64,000 nt of DNA from Bdellovibrionales bacterium (GTDB taxonomy: Bacteria; Bdellovibrionota; Bdellovibrionia; Bdellovibrionales; JAGQZY01): positions 11,239 through 75,238 of the forward strand of contig JAIEOS010000110.1 of NCBI GenBank assembly GCA_019750295.1, in the 5' to 3' direction. A program made the position numbers and the translations under genes. This document shows, in pieces, positions 1 to 10,652 of the stretch (its first letter is position 1; each line of letters begins with the position of its first letter). A model generated the notes under the pieces. The model was not told the origin of the DNA. It worked only from the letters and a program-made list of their open reading frames with translations, and did no database searches.

Positions 1-3000
1 TGTACGGCGGGAACTTGGTCCTACTCCGTAGCGACTCAAGCAACGGACGCCACTTATGATTATACCTTCGAGCAGACGGATGCCGCGCTCAACGTGGGAT
101 CCACGGCGGGGCGATGGGTTCGAGATACGAATCCTCCGACGTTAACCTTTACATCCTCCTCGAGTTTTGTGACACCGACAAACACCGTTACCTTTGCTGG
201 AAACTGCGAGAGTGGTTTGCCGAATCCGATCGCTGTGAGCGGAACAGATTCTAACACGACCCCATGTTCCTCAGGTAATTGGTCCTACACAGTAGCGACA
301 CAAGTCACCGACGGGACTCGCGGATATAATTTTACGCTGTTTGATCGCGCGGGAAATAGCACGGTGATCGTTGGAAGTTGGGAGAGAAACACGCAATATC
401 CGGCCTTAACCGTCACCAGTGCGACCACAGTGATCAATACGGGCATCACAGCAAGCTTTAGTGGGAATTGCGAAGCCGGTATTGATGTGGAAGTCCGTTT
501 GGGTGGATCATTGATCCATACGATGAATTGCCCTGGCGGGACGTTTATCTATTCTCCCAATGAAGTGACCGATGGCAATCGCGTTTATGAGCTCCGTCAA
601 ACCAATGCACTCCCTCTCTCTACAAATGTCAATGTGACCTGGATCCGAGACACCGCGGGGCCCGTGTTTACTGCGGGCCTTATGGACATCAACGAAAATG
701 CGGTGGAGTCGAATTTGGCGCGGGTGTTTGTGGATGCCCAAGCTATTGATGCTTTAACTAAAGTGACACACTTTTGTTTTAAACTGAACAACACGGCTCC
801 TTTGCCGGCGGACAGTTGCTTTGTCGCCGTGGACGATCCTGCGGTAGGATTAACTCCGTCGGGAACATTGAATTTAGTCAATTACCCTTTTAATTTACCG
901 ATTGTCCCTGACAATTATGTGATCTACGCATGGGCGAAGGATGAAGCGAATAACGTTTCAGTCATGACTGCGAGCGGAGCCGGAACGACTCAGAGAGATA
1001 AAGATGATATCTTCTTTGTCGTTTATAATCCGCCGGAGGTGAAAAAGCTGATTATAGGTAGCAACGACTTCCCAGCCGATCCTCCCTCAAATTCTGATCT
1101 GACTGTTGGGGCTGGCCAACCGCTGTATATCAAATGGGAAATCGCTGATGACAAACCCTTTCCGGGAACGCCCGTAGATCTCTACTTCACGACGGATGAT
1201 ATCGCCTATACATTAATTGTGGCTGGATTGAATAATGGTCAAAACGGAACGTGTACAATCAATCATGGTTCGACATCGGCTGATGACACCGCGACTGGAT
1301 GTTACTATTGGGCGTCCGCTCCCGTGGGTGGCTATATGCGTATCAGAGCCGTCGTTCGAGACAGCGATGGTCTCAGTGCCGGATTTACATCGGTGGGTAT
1401 GAACGTGGCCACGTCAATGCGGTTTATTGCCGGAAACACGGATCTAGGAACCAACCTGAGTGCTCAGGCGGCGATGTTTACGTATAGATCAGACTCTTAC
1501 CTCTACGCGACGGATTCTCACAGTGTGGTTGTCGCTCGAGACGGAACTGTTTACTTTAAGGATGCTCATCGAGGAATTTTAAAAGTTGATGCGGCTGACG
1601 GGGTTCAGCGTTTGTTTATTCCTAAAACGGGAAACTCAACCGGGGATAATGGTCCTGTCGCCAACGCTACTGTTAGATATGTCACAAAAATTGCATTAGA
1701 TCATAATCTCCCGACGCAAAGATTATTGCTTTTTGACTACGACCGCATTCGCCGCGTAGATTTAGCCACAGGAATCATTACAACGGTGGTCGGAGGATCG
1801 GGCTCTGATGATTCCGACAACGTTGCAAATCCATTACAGGCTCGAGTCGATCCACTCACGGAAGATATGTATTGGATGAGAATGTTAGTCTTTATGGCCC
1901 TCCCCAATGGAGATTTTCATTTCCAGGCGTCCAATGACCGAGCTTATGGTCATCGTTTGATCGATCAGCCTCGTATACGAATTCTTAAGGCCAATAACAC
2001 AATCGAGTCTTTTAAAGTGAACACGGTGACTTCAACCACAGATCTTCCCGCCTATGGAGATATTCAAAGATGCCGCAATCGAGGAATTGGCATTCGCTAT
2101 GATAAAGCCACGTCGACGATTATGGATCGCATTCTCTCGATCCGAATCCATCCTTACTGGAATCCGGCCGACGGTTGTACAACCGGAGGAGATTTATCCA
2201 CTTATTCAGCGTTAGATAATAACGGAAATAGCTTATCTGTCCATCCGCCACGTGTGGCCTATTGGACCGAGCACGGTGGCTTTCATACAGGACTGGATGG
2301 GAATCTTTATTTGTTTTACAAACCCCCGCCTTCTGGAATTTGGAAGTATCAGCCGGGTGCTCCGGGATCTTGGACTCAAATCGTTGGCCACCCTGATGGC
2401 GCCAACGGCGATTGCGCCGACGGAACTCCCGCTCTCAGTTGTCGCGGAACGATCTCTGATATGTTCGTCCAAGAGGACGGAACACTCTATTATCTCGACT
2501 CCGGTCGAATTCGTACGCTGACACCGAATGGAAATATTGTCACCCTTATGGGGCAAGGACTGATTTCGGGTGAGGGTGGACCGGCTCTGTCTGCAAGATT
2601 GGGAACGGGTCTCCACGAATTTAGACCTCGAAATAATAGCGCCATTGTTTTTTCCAGTCGCGCAAACAATAAGTTATACGAGTTTGATCCGGAGGGAACA
2701 CTCTACCACCTTGCAGGAAATGGACGGTTCGACGCCGCGGCCACGGGAGTGGATGCGCGTATGACAGCCACAAATTTTGAATGGCCGCATAACACAGGCG
2801 ATGACTTTGGTTTAGATCCAGTGACAGGAGATGTTTATCATCACGCTGGAACTTGGGATATTATGAAATTGACTCGAGATACGGCGGCCGTCGGCTCACC
2901 CGGGCAATGGAGTTTATTCCAAGGCCAGGGAACGTATCATTGGTCGAATCCCGCGGCAGATGGGCAATCGAGCATTCATTTTACTTCTGAGTGCGGAAGC

Positions 3001-3657
3001 TATGGTTTTGATGCGGGAACTCGAAGAGATCCTCACTGTTGGTATTCTCCTCAAGTGGCAGGTTTTGGAAATAACAAGCTCTTTATGCATAAAGATGAGC
3101 ATTCCTTTTTCATAAGTACGGGAGGATGGTCGACGCGAAATCGGATGGTGAAGCTCTACGACGTCACCACCAAAATCCAGACTCCGCTGGTAGGAGTGGT
3201 CGGTTACGGCAGTGGTAATGATAATACGACCTGTCCCGATGGAGTCTCATTGGCCGCCTGTGAATTCTTCACCTCACACTCGGTTTATATTACGACTCCT
3301 ATTTACGATTCTGTAGATAATAAGTGGATGACGGTCCGAACCCATTGGTCCACCATTTATCGGATGGTGCCGGGGGGTGTGATGCAGGCCTCGTGGACAG
3401 TGAGTGAGCCAGTGATCGCTTTTGCCCATCGTCGCTATGCGGGGGACGAGTATATTTATTATTGCTCGAACTCATCACGTCAGATTCGACGAAAAAATAT
3501 GAATAGTGGCGTCGAAGTGGCACTGCCATGGCCGATTGCGGCTGTGAAATGCGTCGAGGGATCAATGCATTGGGATAATAATCGCGGAAGTTTAGTCTTC
3601 CTCTATGAGCAAAACGGTCTTCATGGATTTGCGGAATACTTAGATCCAGCACCGTAG
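1..3657 (+). CDS. Giant surface/secreted protein, 5'-truncated by the window: Ig-like repeats followed by an NHL/teneurin-like beta-propeller region
   Basis: Frame is open from base 1. Repeated (F/A)xGxCE(S/A)G...W.Y......DG.R.Y.F...D.AGN Ig-like units, then GDNGPVANA/GEGGPALSARL and C(A/P)DG...C NHL-type motifs. Confidence 0.7.
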   Translation, partial: CTAGTWSYSVATQATDATYDYTFEQTDAALNVGSTAGRWVRDTNPPTLTFTSSSSFVTPTNTVTFAGNCESGLPNPIAVSGTDSNTTPCSSGNWSYTVATQVTDGTRGYNFTLFDRAGNSTVIVGSWERNTQYPALTVTSATTVINTGITASFSGNCEAGIDVEVRLGGSLIHTMNCPGGTFIYSPNEVTDGNRVYELRQTNALPLSTNVNVTWIRDTAGPVFTAGLMDINENAVESNLARVFVDAQAIDALTKVTHFCFKLNNTAPLPADSCFVAVDDPAVGLTPSGTLNLVNYPFNLPIVPDNYVIYAWAKDEANNVSVMTASGAGTTQRDKDDIFFVVYNPPEVKKLIIGSNDFPADPPSNSDLTVGAGQPLYIKWEIADDKPFPGTPVDLYFTTDDIAYTLIVAGLNNGQNGTCTINHGSTSADDTATGCYYWASAPVGGYMRIRAVVRDSDGLSAGFTSVGMNVATSMRFIAGNTDLGTNLSAQAAMFTYRSDSYLYATDSHSVVVARDGTVYFKDAHRGILKVDAADGVQRLFIPKTGNSTGDNGPVANATVRYVTKIALDHNLPTQRLLLFDYDRIRRVDLATGIITTVVGGSGSDDSDNVANPLQARVDPLTEDMYWMRMLVFMALPNGDFHFQASNDRAYGHRLIDQPRIRILKANNTIESFKVNTVTSTTDLPAYGDIQRCRNRGIGIRYDKATSTIMDRILSIRIHPYWNPADGCTTGGDLSTYSALDNNGNSLSVHPPRVAYWTEHGGFHTGLDGNLYLFYKPPPSGIWKYQPGAPGSWTQIVGHPDGANGDCADGTPALSCRGTISDMFVQEDGTLYYLDSGRIRTLTPNGNIVTLMGQGLISGEGGPALSARLGTGLHEFRPRNNSAIVFSSRANNKLYEFDPEGTLYHLAGNGRFDAAATGVDARMTATNFEWPHNTGDDFGLDPVTGDVYHHAGTWDIMKLTRDTAAVGSPGQWSLFQGQGTYHWSNPAADGQSSIHFTSECGSYGFDAGTRRDPHCWYSPQVAGFGNNKLFMHKDEHSFFISTGGWSTRNRMVKLYDVTTKIQTPLVGVVGYGSGNDNTTCPDGVSLAACEFFTSHSVYITTPIYDSVDNKWMTVRTHWSTIYRMVPGGVMQASWTVSEPVIAFAHRRYAGDEYIYYCSNSSRQIRRKNMNSGVEVALPWPIAAVKCVEGSMHWDNNRGSLVFLYEQNGLHGFAEYLDPAP

Positions 3658-3660
3658 CGA

Positions 3661-4257
3661 TTAGAGTGTACTAAAAAATTCGACGATTTTTTTCGCGGCT
3701 TGGGCGCGATGGGAGAGAGTGTTCTTTTCTCCGTCGCTGAGTTCACCTAAAGTTTTAGTAAATCCATCGGGGATGAAGATGGGATCGTAGCCAAAGCCGT
3801 TGGTTCCTGTAATCTTGGGTGCAATTTTTCCGTGAAGTTGAGCGCTGTAGACTTTTTCCTCTCCGGTGGGGGAGAGCAACACTAACGTGCATTCAAAGTG
3901 AGCCTTGCGATCGGAGATGTTCCGAATCTGCATCATCTTTAAAAGCTTGGCGATGTTTTCCGGCATGCTGGCCTTCTCGCCGGCGTAACGGGCGGAATGC
4001 ACTCCAGGAAGGCCGCCGAGTCCATCGACCGATAAACCGGAATCATCGGCCAAGACCCAGTCCTCATTTGCAACTACGGCTTTGAGAGCCTTGGCTTTGA
4101 TGCGAGCGTTGTCGAGAAAGGTTTTTCCATTCTCTGGAGGTTGAGAAAATACAGGGAGCTCTTTTTGCGAGTGTAATTCTAAAGGTACGCTTTTTAATAG
4201 AAGTTTAAACTCGGTGAGTTTTCCATTGTTGCCGGTGGCAATCCATAACTTAGCCAA
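3661..4257 (-). CDS. rdgB: Non-canonical purine NTP pyrophosphatase (RdgB/HAM1)
   Basis: ATGNNGK, ADDSGL, PGVHSARY, GFGYDPIF and SHRAQA motifs. Likely TTG start at 4257, overlapping the rph stop. Confidence 0.93.
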   Translation of the reverse strand: MAKLWIATGNNGKLTEFKLLLKSVPLELHSQKELPVFSQPPENGKTFLDNARIKAKALKAVVANEDWVLADDSGLSVDGLGGLPGVHSARYAGEKASMPENIAKLLKMMQIRNISDRKAHFECTLVLLSPTGEEKVYSAQLHGKIAPKITGTNGFGYDPIFIPDGFTKTLGELSDGEKNTLSHRAQAAKKIVEFFSTL

Positions 4258-4984
4258 TTTCGATCCCCATTGAGTTGAGACATTTCTTTTGAATCTTGAA
4301 AAGTTCTGCGCAGCCTTTTTGGGCGAGTAAAGACATTTTCGTGAGATGTTCGGCGGTGAATGGTTTTTCCTCGGCGGTTCCTTGAATTTCCACAAACGCG
4401 TTATCATGATTCATGACAAAGTTCACGTCGGTCTCGGCGGAGGAGTCCTCGAGATAGCACAGATCCAAAAGAGGTTCGCCGTTCACCATTCCCACACTCA
4501 CGGCACTAATCATCGAAGTCATTGGAATTTTAAAGTTCGGCTCACGATCACGTAAGTAGGCGAGGGCCTGGGCGAGAGCCACAAAGCCCCCAGTGATGGC
4601 CGCTGTGCGAGTTCCCCCATCGGCCTGCTGCACATCACAATCGATGGTGATCATGCGCTCACCGAGCGAAAACAGATTCGTGCTGCTACGAAGACTGCGA
4701 GCGATCAGACGAGAGATCTCTTGAGAGCGTCCACTAGCGGCAGTTTTTTCGCGATTCATCCGATCGTGAGTGGAGCGCGGGAGCATTCCGTATTCGGCAG
4801 TGATCCAGCCTTTCCCTTGGCCTTGAAGCCACTTGGGAATGCTCGGCTCAATGCTCGCGGTGCACATCACATGTGTGTGACCATACTTGATCAAAGCGCT
4901 GCCCTCGGCATAGCGATTGACAGACGTTTCGATAGTTACGGGACGAAGTTGATCGTTTGCTCTTTTATCATGTCGTGTGCTCAT
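4250..4984 (-). CDS. rph: Ribonuclease PH
   Basis: AEGSAL, GWITAEYGMLPRST, EISRLIARSLR, ADGGTRTAAITG and EIQGTAE motifs; canonical rph-rdgB pair. Confidence 0.96.
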   Translation of the reverse strand: MSTRHDKRANDQLRPVTIETSVNRYAEGSALIKYGHTHVMCTASIEPSIPKWLQGQGKGWITAEYGMLPRSTHDRMNREKTAASGRSQEISRLIARSLRSSTNLFSLGERMITIDCDVQQADGGTRTAAITGGFVALAQALAYLRDREPNFKIPMTSMISAVSVGMVNGEPLLDLCYLEDSSAETDVNFVMNHDNAFVEIQGTAEEKPFTAEHLTKMSLLAQKGCAELFKIQKKCLNSMGIEIG

Positions 4985-4992
4985 AGTGAGCC

Positions 4993-5736
4993 CTACTTTA
5001 GAGCTTTTGTCTGTTCTTTGTCTAGAGTTTCTTTGTAATCTTTAAGGCCCTTATAGATGGCCTGAGCGATTTCTTTTTGATAGGCGTCAGTGACTAAACG
5101 CTTCGATTCTTTTTCGTTAGAGATAAAACCAATTTCGACGAGAGCGGAGGGGATGCTTTGCTGAACAACGGCAAAAGGCCCTTGTTTAATCGCTTGCGGA
5201 CGCACTTTCGAAAAGGGAACTTTCCACTCGTGAATAATATGCCAGCTCAGTTCGTAGCTCTTAAGAGTCGACATCGATTTTTTAAGATCGGCGAGGATAC
5301 TTTGAAGATCGCCTTTCTTTTCTTTTCGTGAAAAATTTTCGTCCACTTGATTTTCTTGATGGGCGAGCATCAAGCTTTCGTCGTCAGGATCGAGTTCGTT
5401 TCTAAAATAGATTTCCATTCCTTGAGCGCTGGCGTCGGTGGATGAGTTGGCGTGAACACTTAAAAATAAATCCGCTTGGCTTTTAGCACCGATCTTGACG
5501 CGCCGATGGAGTTCGAGCTGGCGATCATCGGTGCGAGTGAGAAACGCTTTAAATTCTGGGTCCTTGTTGAGAATGTCGTTGAGTTTTTGCGACACTCCGA
5601 GAACCACTTTCGACTCGTTGGCCGATCCGCGAGTGGCTCCACGATCCATGCCGCCATGGCCGGGATCAATCGCTATAGTAAAGGCTTGAGCGGAATTGAA
5701 AAGCAGAGCACAAGTCGCCCACAGAATCCCTCGCAT
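4993..5736 (-). CDS. N-acetylmuramoyl-L-alanine amidase (Amidase_3, AmiA/C-like)
   Basis: Signal peptide; IDPGHGG.D.GA, FLSVHANS and LVEIGFISN motifs. Confidence 0.92.
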   Translation of the reverse strand: MRGILWATCALLFNSAQAFTIAIDPGHGGMDRGATRGSANESKVVLGVSQKLNDILNKDPEFKAFLTRTDDRQLELHRRVKIGAKSQADLFLSVHANSSTDASAQGMEIYFRNELDPDDESLMLAHQENQVDENFSRKEKKGDLQSILADLKKSMSTLKSYELSWHIIHEWKVPFSKVRPQAIKQGPFAVVQQSIPSALVEIGFISNEKESKRLVTDAYQKEIAQAIYKGLKDYKETLDKEQTKALK

Positions 5737-6629
5737 TAGAACAAGTATCCTATGCGCAGACCCATGAGCGATGTGCTGACGTCGCCTCCGGAGGGGTAGT
5801 AGTAATAAATAAAATCAATGGGAATCGTCATCGAGCTTGTGCGGTATTCAAGGCTTGCACCAAACTCACCTACGGCGACGGTGTCAATCGAGGCGATCGC
5901 TGTCGAGGAAGAGCTCATCGGGTGGAAAATCCCAGCGCCGGCGAGAAGTTTAATTCCAAAGCTTTCACCGCCAAACACTTCGTAGCGGAGTAAAGCATCT
6001 AAACTCAAGTAGGTGATTTTTGTTCCGATAGTCCCGATAGTTTGATAATTGCTCTCGGGAGTTTTCCCAGAGCCACTGACATCGAAGTTCTCAAGTCCGG
6101 CGAGGAGTTGGATATCTAAAGACTCGGAGGTGGGATAAATGTACGCTCCACGAAGTCCAAGGCTAGAGCCCGATTGCGAGGAGGTCGTCGCATCTTGTTT
6201 AACGTCTTGTGTAGCAGAGGCATATCCCAGAACGACGCCCCACTTTGTGGCCATTCGATTCCGACGTCGACGTTTCGTGCCTGATTCTGAATCTGAACTC
6301 TCGGAAACACTGGACTTTGATTTTCTGGAGGAAGCGGATTTTTTTCCAGCCCCTTTAAATACAGTCAGATCGCCGCGTTTGGCTTTCCCTTTACCGAGAA
6401 CACCGACGGCTTTAAACCCCTGAACTTTTTTAAGCTGAAGAAGCCCGGTTTTTTTACCGTTAATATCTGTCACATAAAAAATATCGTTATTGGCAAATGT
6501 GCCTTCTTCTTCGGGAGAAAAAATAACATAAACTTTTTTGCCACTCGTTTTGAGAACTTTTCCTGCATACGACGGATAAGAAAACAAAAAGAGTGCAAAC
6601 AACACGACCCAAAATGGCTGATGACGCAT
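5736..6629 (-). CDS. Secreted protein with a probable C-terminal outer-membrane beta-barrel
   Basis: Signal peptide, basic/Ser-rich linker, amphipathic strands, terminal GLRIGYLF. Confidence 0.6.
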   Translation of the reverse strand: MRHQPFWVVLFALFLFSYPSYAGKVLKTSGKKVYVIFSPEEEGTFANNDIFYVTDINGKKTGLLQLKKVQGFKAVGVLGKGKAKRGDLTVFKGAGKKSASSRKSKSSVSESSDSESGTKRRRRNRMATKWGVVLGYASATQDVKQDATTSSQSGSSLGLRGAYIYPTSESLDIQLLAGLENFDVSGSGKTPESNYQTIGTIGTKITYLSLDALLRYEVFGGESFGIKLLAGAGIFHPMSSSSTAIASIDTVAVGEFGASLEYRTSSMTIPIDFIYYYYPSGGDVSTSLMGLRIGYLF

Positions 6630-6700
6630 GAAGTCCCTCTGCCATTAGAATACGGCCCCGAGGGAAGAAGTCCAAGTAAAAGCCCTTAGACTCTGGTCCT

Positions 6701-6796
6701 TTGGTACCCGGTACCTTTTGCGGATGCATTGTATAAAAAAAGCGGCCTAGGCCGCTTTTTTTATACAATGCATCCGCAAAAGGTACCGGGTACCAA
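6701..6796. repeat. Perfect 96-bp palindrome (two 48-bp arms, no loop)
   Basis: TTGGTACCCGGTACCTTTTGCGGATGCATTGTATAAAAAAAGCGGCCT followed directly by its exact reverse complement; abuts the ssb stop codon. Confidence 0.95.
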
Positions 6797-7219
6797 TTAG
6801 AAGGGGATTTCGTCGTTGGAGTCGAAGCTGGGTTCTGGAGAGAAGTCGGCAGCGCCCGCGGATGGGCCACCACTGTTTTGAGAGGCGCGATCTCCTCCGC
6901 CAAGGAACTGGACATTGGCCGCAACCACTTCTGTGGCGTAGCGCTTTTGACCTTGTTGGTCTTCCCAAGAGCGAGTCTGAAGTTTACCTTCTACAAACAC
7001 TTGTCGACCTTTGGCGAGGTGCTGAGCGCAGATTTCTGCGAGTTTACCCCAAACCACAATGCGATGCCATTCTGTGCGTTCTTGCTTTTGACCATCGCGA
7101 TCCACCCAGTTTTCACCGGTAGCGACGTTAAAATTGGTCACAGTTTGACCTGAAGAGAGAGTTTTCATTTCTGGATCCGCACCAAGGCGTCCAACGATCA
7201 TTACTTTATTCACAGACAT
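6797..7219 (-). CDS. ssb: Single-stranded DNA-binding protein
   Basis: [24 protein letters not shown] and C-terminal DEIPF. Confidence 0.97.
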   Translation of the reverse strand: MSVNKVMIVGRLGADPEMKTLSSGQTVTNFNVATGENWVDRDGQKQERTEWHRIVVWGKLAEICAQHLAKGRQVFVEGKLQTRSWEDQQGQKRYATEVVAANVQFLGGGDRASQNSGGPSAGAADFSPEPSFDSNDEIPF

Positions 7220-7437
7220 ATAGCCCCCGATTTGTAGATAGAGTTTTTCGCAAAAAGAGAATATCGGGTCAATTAAAAATTAGGCAGAGATGCACAATGA
7301 AAAGATCGATGCTGAATTTAACAGCAGCAAAAACTCAATTCCGGAAAGATTCGTACGGAATTGCTTCTGAATTTCTCGTAGGCCCATTAATAAGAGCGCC
7401 ATAAAAATAGGAACTCTTCTACAGGAGCGTCATATTT

Positions 7438-8169
7438 TTAGAGAAAACTCTCCAGATAATTGAGAGAGCGGATGCCGAACCAGCTCATTTTTTCTCCATC
7501 GACCAAAGCGACAGCTCCGGGCAACTCTTCCATGGCGTCTCTCCGCTTTTCAAACGGGTAAGGCTCCGAGGAGCAAAGGAATAAATTTTTAGAATTTTTA
7601 AAGTCATTGAGTTCAAACTCGGGATATTTGTCGCTTCCCCAAATCTTAAGTCCAAACCATTCGAAGAGCGAACCAACAAATGTCGGTGCGCCCGCCGCCA
7701 TCCAAGGATTGCGCCAAATCACGTACACAATGTTTTCAGGATCAAAATCTAAAGGCTTTACCCATTCCAAAAGTGCCGGAGGAAAATCTTTCTCCGAAGA
7801 AATTTGCGGAGTGCTTGCGATCACTCGCTCCCACCGCTGGGCCAACCCTAAAAGTTTTGGAGCTTGAAATTTTTCGGCCAGATGTCGGAGCTCTCGAGGC
7901 ATATCCTGCATAGATTGCACATGGGTTGCAATGTAGGGGACCGGACAGGCCTTTGCCATTTCTAAAGTGTTTTCTTCTTTATCGAGGAGAACGAAGTCGG
8001 GCTGATATCCTGCCACTTTATCCCAATCGACATCTTTCGTGCCGCCGACTGCGGGAATGAACTCCATCATGTCTTCGGGATGTATACAAAAGCGCGTGCG
8101 CCCGATGACGGGCACTCCAGCAGCAATGAGAGTTTCGGTCCACGAGGGAACTAAAGAGATCACCGTCAT
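7438..8169 (-). CDS. Helical-backbone metal receptor (BtuF/TroA-like)
   Basis: VISLVPSWTETL, GRTRFCIHP, VGGTK, KEEN, SSEPYPF and VDGE.MSWFG. Start taken at MTVISL (8169). Confidence 0.8.
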   Translation of the reverse strand: MTVISLVPSWTETLIAAGVPVIGRTRFCIHPEDMMEFIPAVGGTKDVDWDKVAGYQPDFVLLDKEENTLEMAKACPVPYIATHVQSMQDMPRELRHLAEKFQAPKLLGLAQRWERVIASTPQISSEKDFPPALLEWVKPLDFDPENIVYVIWRNPWMAAGAPTFVGSLFEWFGLKIWGSDKYPEFELNDFKNSKNLFLCSSEPYPFEKRRDAMEELPGAVALVDGEKMSWFGIRSLNYLESFL

Positions 8170-8171
8170 AA

Positions 8172-9719
8172 TTACCAATCGATAGGGAAGTAATCTTTTA
8201 AGAATTTTCCACACCAGTGTTCGCCCGTCAAAATCCCGTCGAAGAAAGGATCGCAGACACGAGCGGCACCATCGACGATATCTAAGGGCGGCTGAAAATC
8301 ATGAATTTCGGTTTTCGACTGAGCTAGATGTGCCGGATCTTCATCCGTCACCCAACCGGTGTCGACCGCATTCATAAAAATTCCATCTTTCGCAAGATCT
8401 TTGGCAGAGGTGTGAGTGAGCATGTTCAAAGCGGCTTTCGCCATATTTGTATGAGGGTGGCGATCTTCCTTATGGAAGCGGAAAAACTTTCCTTCCATTG
8501 CGGTCACGTTCACCATATGCTTTTGACCCGTATAATCCCGGCGCATGATTGGCGCTAATCGACTGCAAAGAACAAACGGAGCAATGGAATTCACCAACTG
8601 CACTTCGAGCATTTCGGGCGTGGGAACTTCCGCCAATTTCAATCGCCAGCTGTTTACTTTTCGCAAATCCACTTGTTGAAGATCGGCGTCGAGCTCGCCT
8701 CGAGGGAAAACTTCCTCAACCGCCAAGGAGTTATCATAAGAGTAAGGAATCTGCGAGAGCTGTGCCGGAGCCCTTAAGCCGATTCCAGGACCGTGCCCAT
8801 GCCACTGCACCGGAAGCTTTGAATCGGGCTCGACACCACTCAACTGATGAAGATCATTTTTAAAGGTGGTGTAGCTTTTAAGAAGCTGCTGGGCTTCGGC
8901 TGGTAAATCCCCAGGAGAGAGAAGTTCGTTCTCCATCATGTGGGCGTAAAATCCGGGAGGACGTCGTACAGTTTGAGCGGCGTTGTTGATCAAAACATCT
9001 AAACGATCCAAAGTTCGATCGAGATGCATGCAGAATAATTCCACGCTGGGCGTGTGGCGCAAATCCAGACCGTAAATTTGCAACCGATCTTTCCATTCGT
9101 TGTAGTCGTCTTCTTTAGAGAATCTCAGAGCCGAATCGTGAGGAAATCTTGTGGTGGCAATCACCTTTGCGCCTGCTCTCAGCATCATCAGAGTGCAATG
9201 ATAACCTATTTTAAGCCGAGAGCCGGTGATCACGGCCACTTGGCCATGCATGGGCGCTGTTTGAAAGCGTTTGCGGTAATTGAGATCTCCACAGCTCGGG
9301 CACATGCTGTCGTAGAAGTGGTGGAGCTGTGTGTACTCTTCCTTGCAAACATAGCAGTTTTGGGCCGAGTGGAGTTGGCGCTGGGGAAGGGCTTCGCCAT
9401 CATTGAGGAACACTCGTTTAGGGGCTTCGAAGACTTTCTTTAGGCGAGCTTCGCGGATTCCCGTCTGAGCGCGGGTATTCCGGTCGGCCATGGCGCGAGC
9501 GCGTTTTTTAGCGCGGTCGAGAAGTTTATTGCGATGGGAGACTTCGGTTTTTGCGGGCCGAGAAAGTCTTCCGGCCGCGGTCATCAAATCAATGCGTTGC
9601 TGCTTAGAGATGTGCGAGAGGCGAAGACCATCTTCCAGAAAATAATTGAGAGTATCGATGCACGTTTGCACATCTTCGATTTTAATGTCCTGAGATTTTG
9701 AGTCTTTATCTTTTTGCAT
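8172..9719 (-). CDS. SDR-family oxidoreductase with N-terminal CxxC...CxxC extension
   Basis: [32 protein letters not shown] and VDTGWVTDE; CYVC and CPSC upstream. Confidence 0.85.
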   Translation of the reverse strand: MQKDKDSKSQDIKIEDVQTCIDTLNYFLEDGLRLSHISKQQRIDLMTAAGRLSRPAKTEVSHRNKLLDRAKKRARAMADRNTRAQTGIREARLKKVFEAPKRVFLNDGEALPQRQLHSAQNCYVCKEEYTQLHHFYDSMCPSCGDLNYRKRFQTAPMHGQVAVITGSRLKIGYHCTLMMLRAGAKVIATTRFPHDSALRFSKEDDYNEWKDRLQIYGLDLRHTPSVELFCMHLDRTLDRLDVLINNAAQTVRRPPGFYAHMMENELLSPGDLPAEAQQLLKSYTTFKNDLHQLSGVEPDSKLPVQWHGHGPGIGLRAPAQLSQIPYSYDNSLAVEEVFPRGELDADLQQVDLRKVNSWRLKLAEVPTPEMLEVQLVNSIAPFVLCSRLAPIMRRDYTGQKHMVNVTAMEGKFFRFHKEDRHPHTNMAKAALNMLTHTSAKDLAKDGIFMNAVDTGWVTDEDPAHLAQSKTEIHDFQPPLDIVDGAARVCDPFFDGILTGEHWCGKFLKDYFPIDW

Positions 9720-9738
9720 CGCTTTTCAAATTTAAAGA

Positions 9739-10575
9739 TTAAAATCGACCGCCGACGAGCTCTTCACCGCGAAGAATATGGACGCTGCCGTCGTCAGAGA
9801 GTGTCTCGTCTTTGGAATAGAGTTCGCCGATTCCGCCGCAAAGAATCCCTGGAGATGGGAACTTTTCATCGTTGGTGTAGATCCGGATCGAAGTGATTTT
9901 CCCCGGGCCGACCACTTTAGTCTCTAGCAACTGAGGGGATTGCCCCTCCATGGATTTGTAGCGAGAGCACTGTAAGATTCCCGTCTGAACAGATTCTTGC
10001 TTTTGTGCGGGGATGCGACGCTGGCTCTCAAGAACATAAATCCCGTTTTCGAGAGTGGGCTGAGGGATATTTGAAATCACCACCGAGCAGCTCGTCCATT
10101 CCTCAGGTTTTGGCTTTTGGGAGTGAATCAAGATGGGTTTAAAGTTCGGAGAAACGGAGGTGATTTCGATGGAGGACCCCGCGTAGCCTTCGCCGAAGGT
10201 GTACTGTTTTTTTCCTTCGATCCAGCCGACAATATTTTTGGTGCTGTGGGTGCGAGAGAAAGTGTAAGTGTTTCGATCGTGATCGACAGATTTAATGGCT
10301 TCGACTTCGGTCGAAACACTAATGGTCGTATCGGTTACAGATTTGTTGGTGTTCACCACAGTGTAGGTGAGTCCTGGACGTAAGCGTTTGTCCATATCCT
10401 GGAGCTCTTTGGTGCATTCGGCTCCTTCGAGAAGTACGGTTTTAGAAGCGACGGCTGCGGGGAGGAATTGACCGCGCTGTTGAGTTTCGTCAAAAGTGAC
10501 TTTTTCTGGATTTCCCGAACAACCCATAATGCTGGAGACGGCGATTAAAATTAAAAATCTTTGAGCCATGAACAT
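9739..10575 (-). CDS. Hypothetical lipoprotein
   Basis: 278-aa ORF with a hydrophobic leader and IMGC lipobox. Confidence 0.6.
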   Translation of the reverse strand: MFMAQRFLILIAVSSIMGCSGNPEKVTFDETQQRGQFLPAAVASKTVLLEGAECTKELQDMDKRLRPGLTYTVVNTNKSVTDTTISVSTEVEAIKSVDHDRNTYTFSRTHSTKNIVGWIEGKKQYTFGEGYAGSSIEITSVSPNFKPILIHSQKPKPEEWTSCSVVISNIPQPTLENGIYVLESQRRIPAQKQESVQTGILQCSRYKSMEGQSPQLLETKVVGPGKITSIRIYTNDEKFPSPGILCGGIGELYSKDETLSDDGSVHILRGEELVGGRF

Positions 10576-10652
10576 CCCTTTGTTAGAGGGATAATTTTTA
10601 GCATATTGGTGGGGTCGATTCCAGAAAAAAGGACCCCGTGGCGGTGTTTACA

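Noticed and set aside
6701-6796. Protelomerase (tel) site of a linear replicon
   Set aside because: No protelomerase gene in the window and the flanks are ordinary chromosomal genes. Kept only as a remote alternative.
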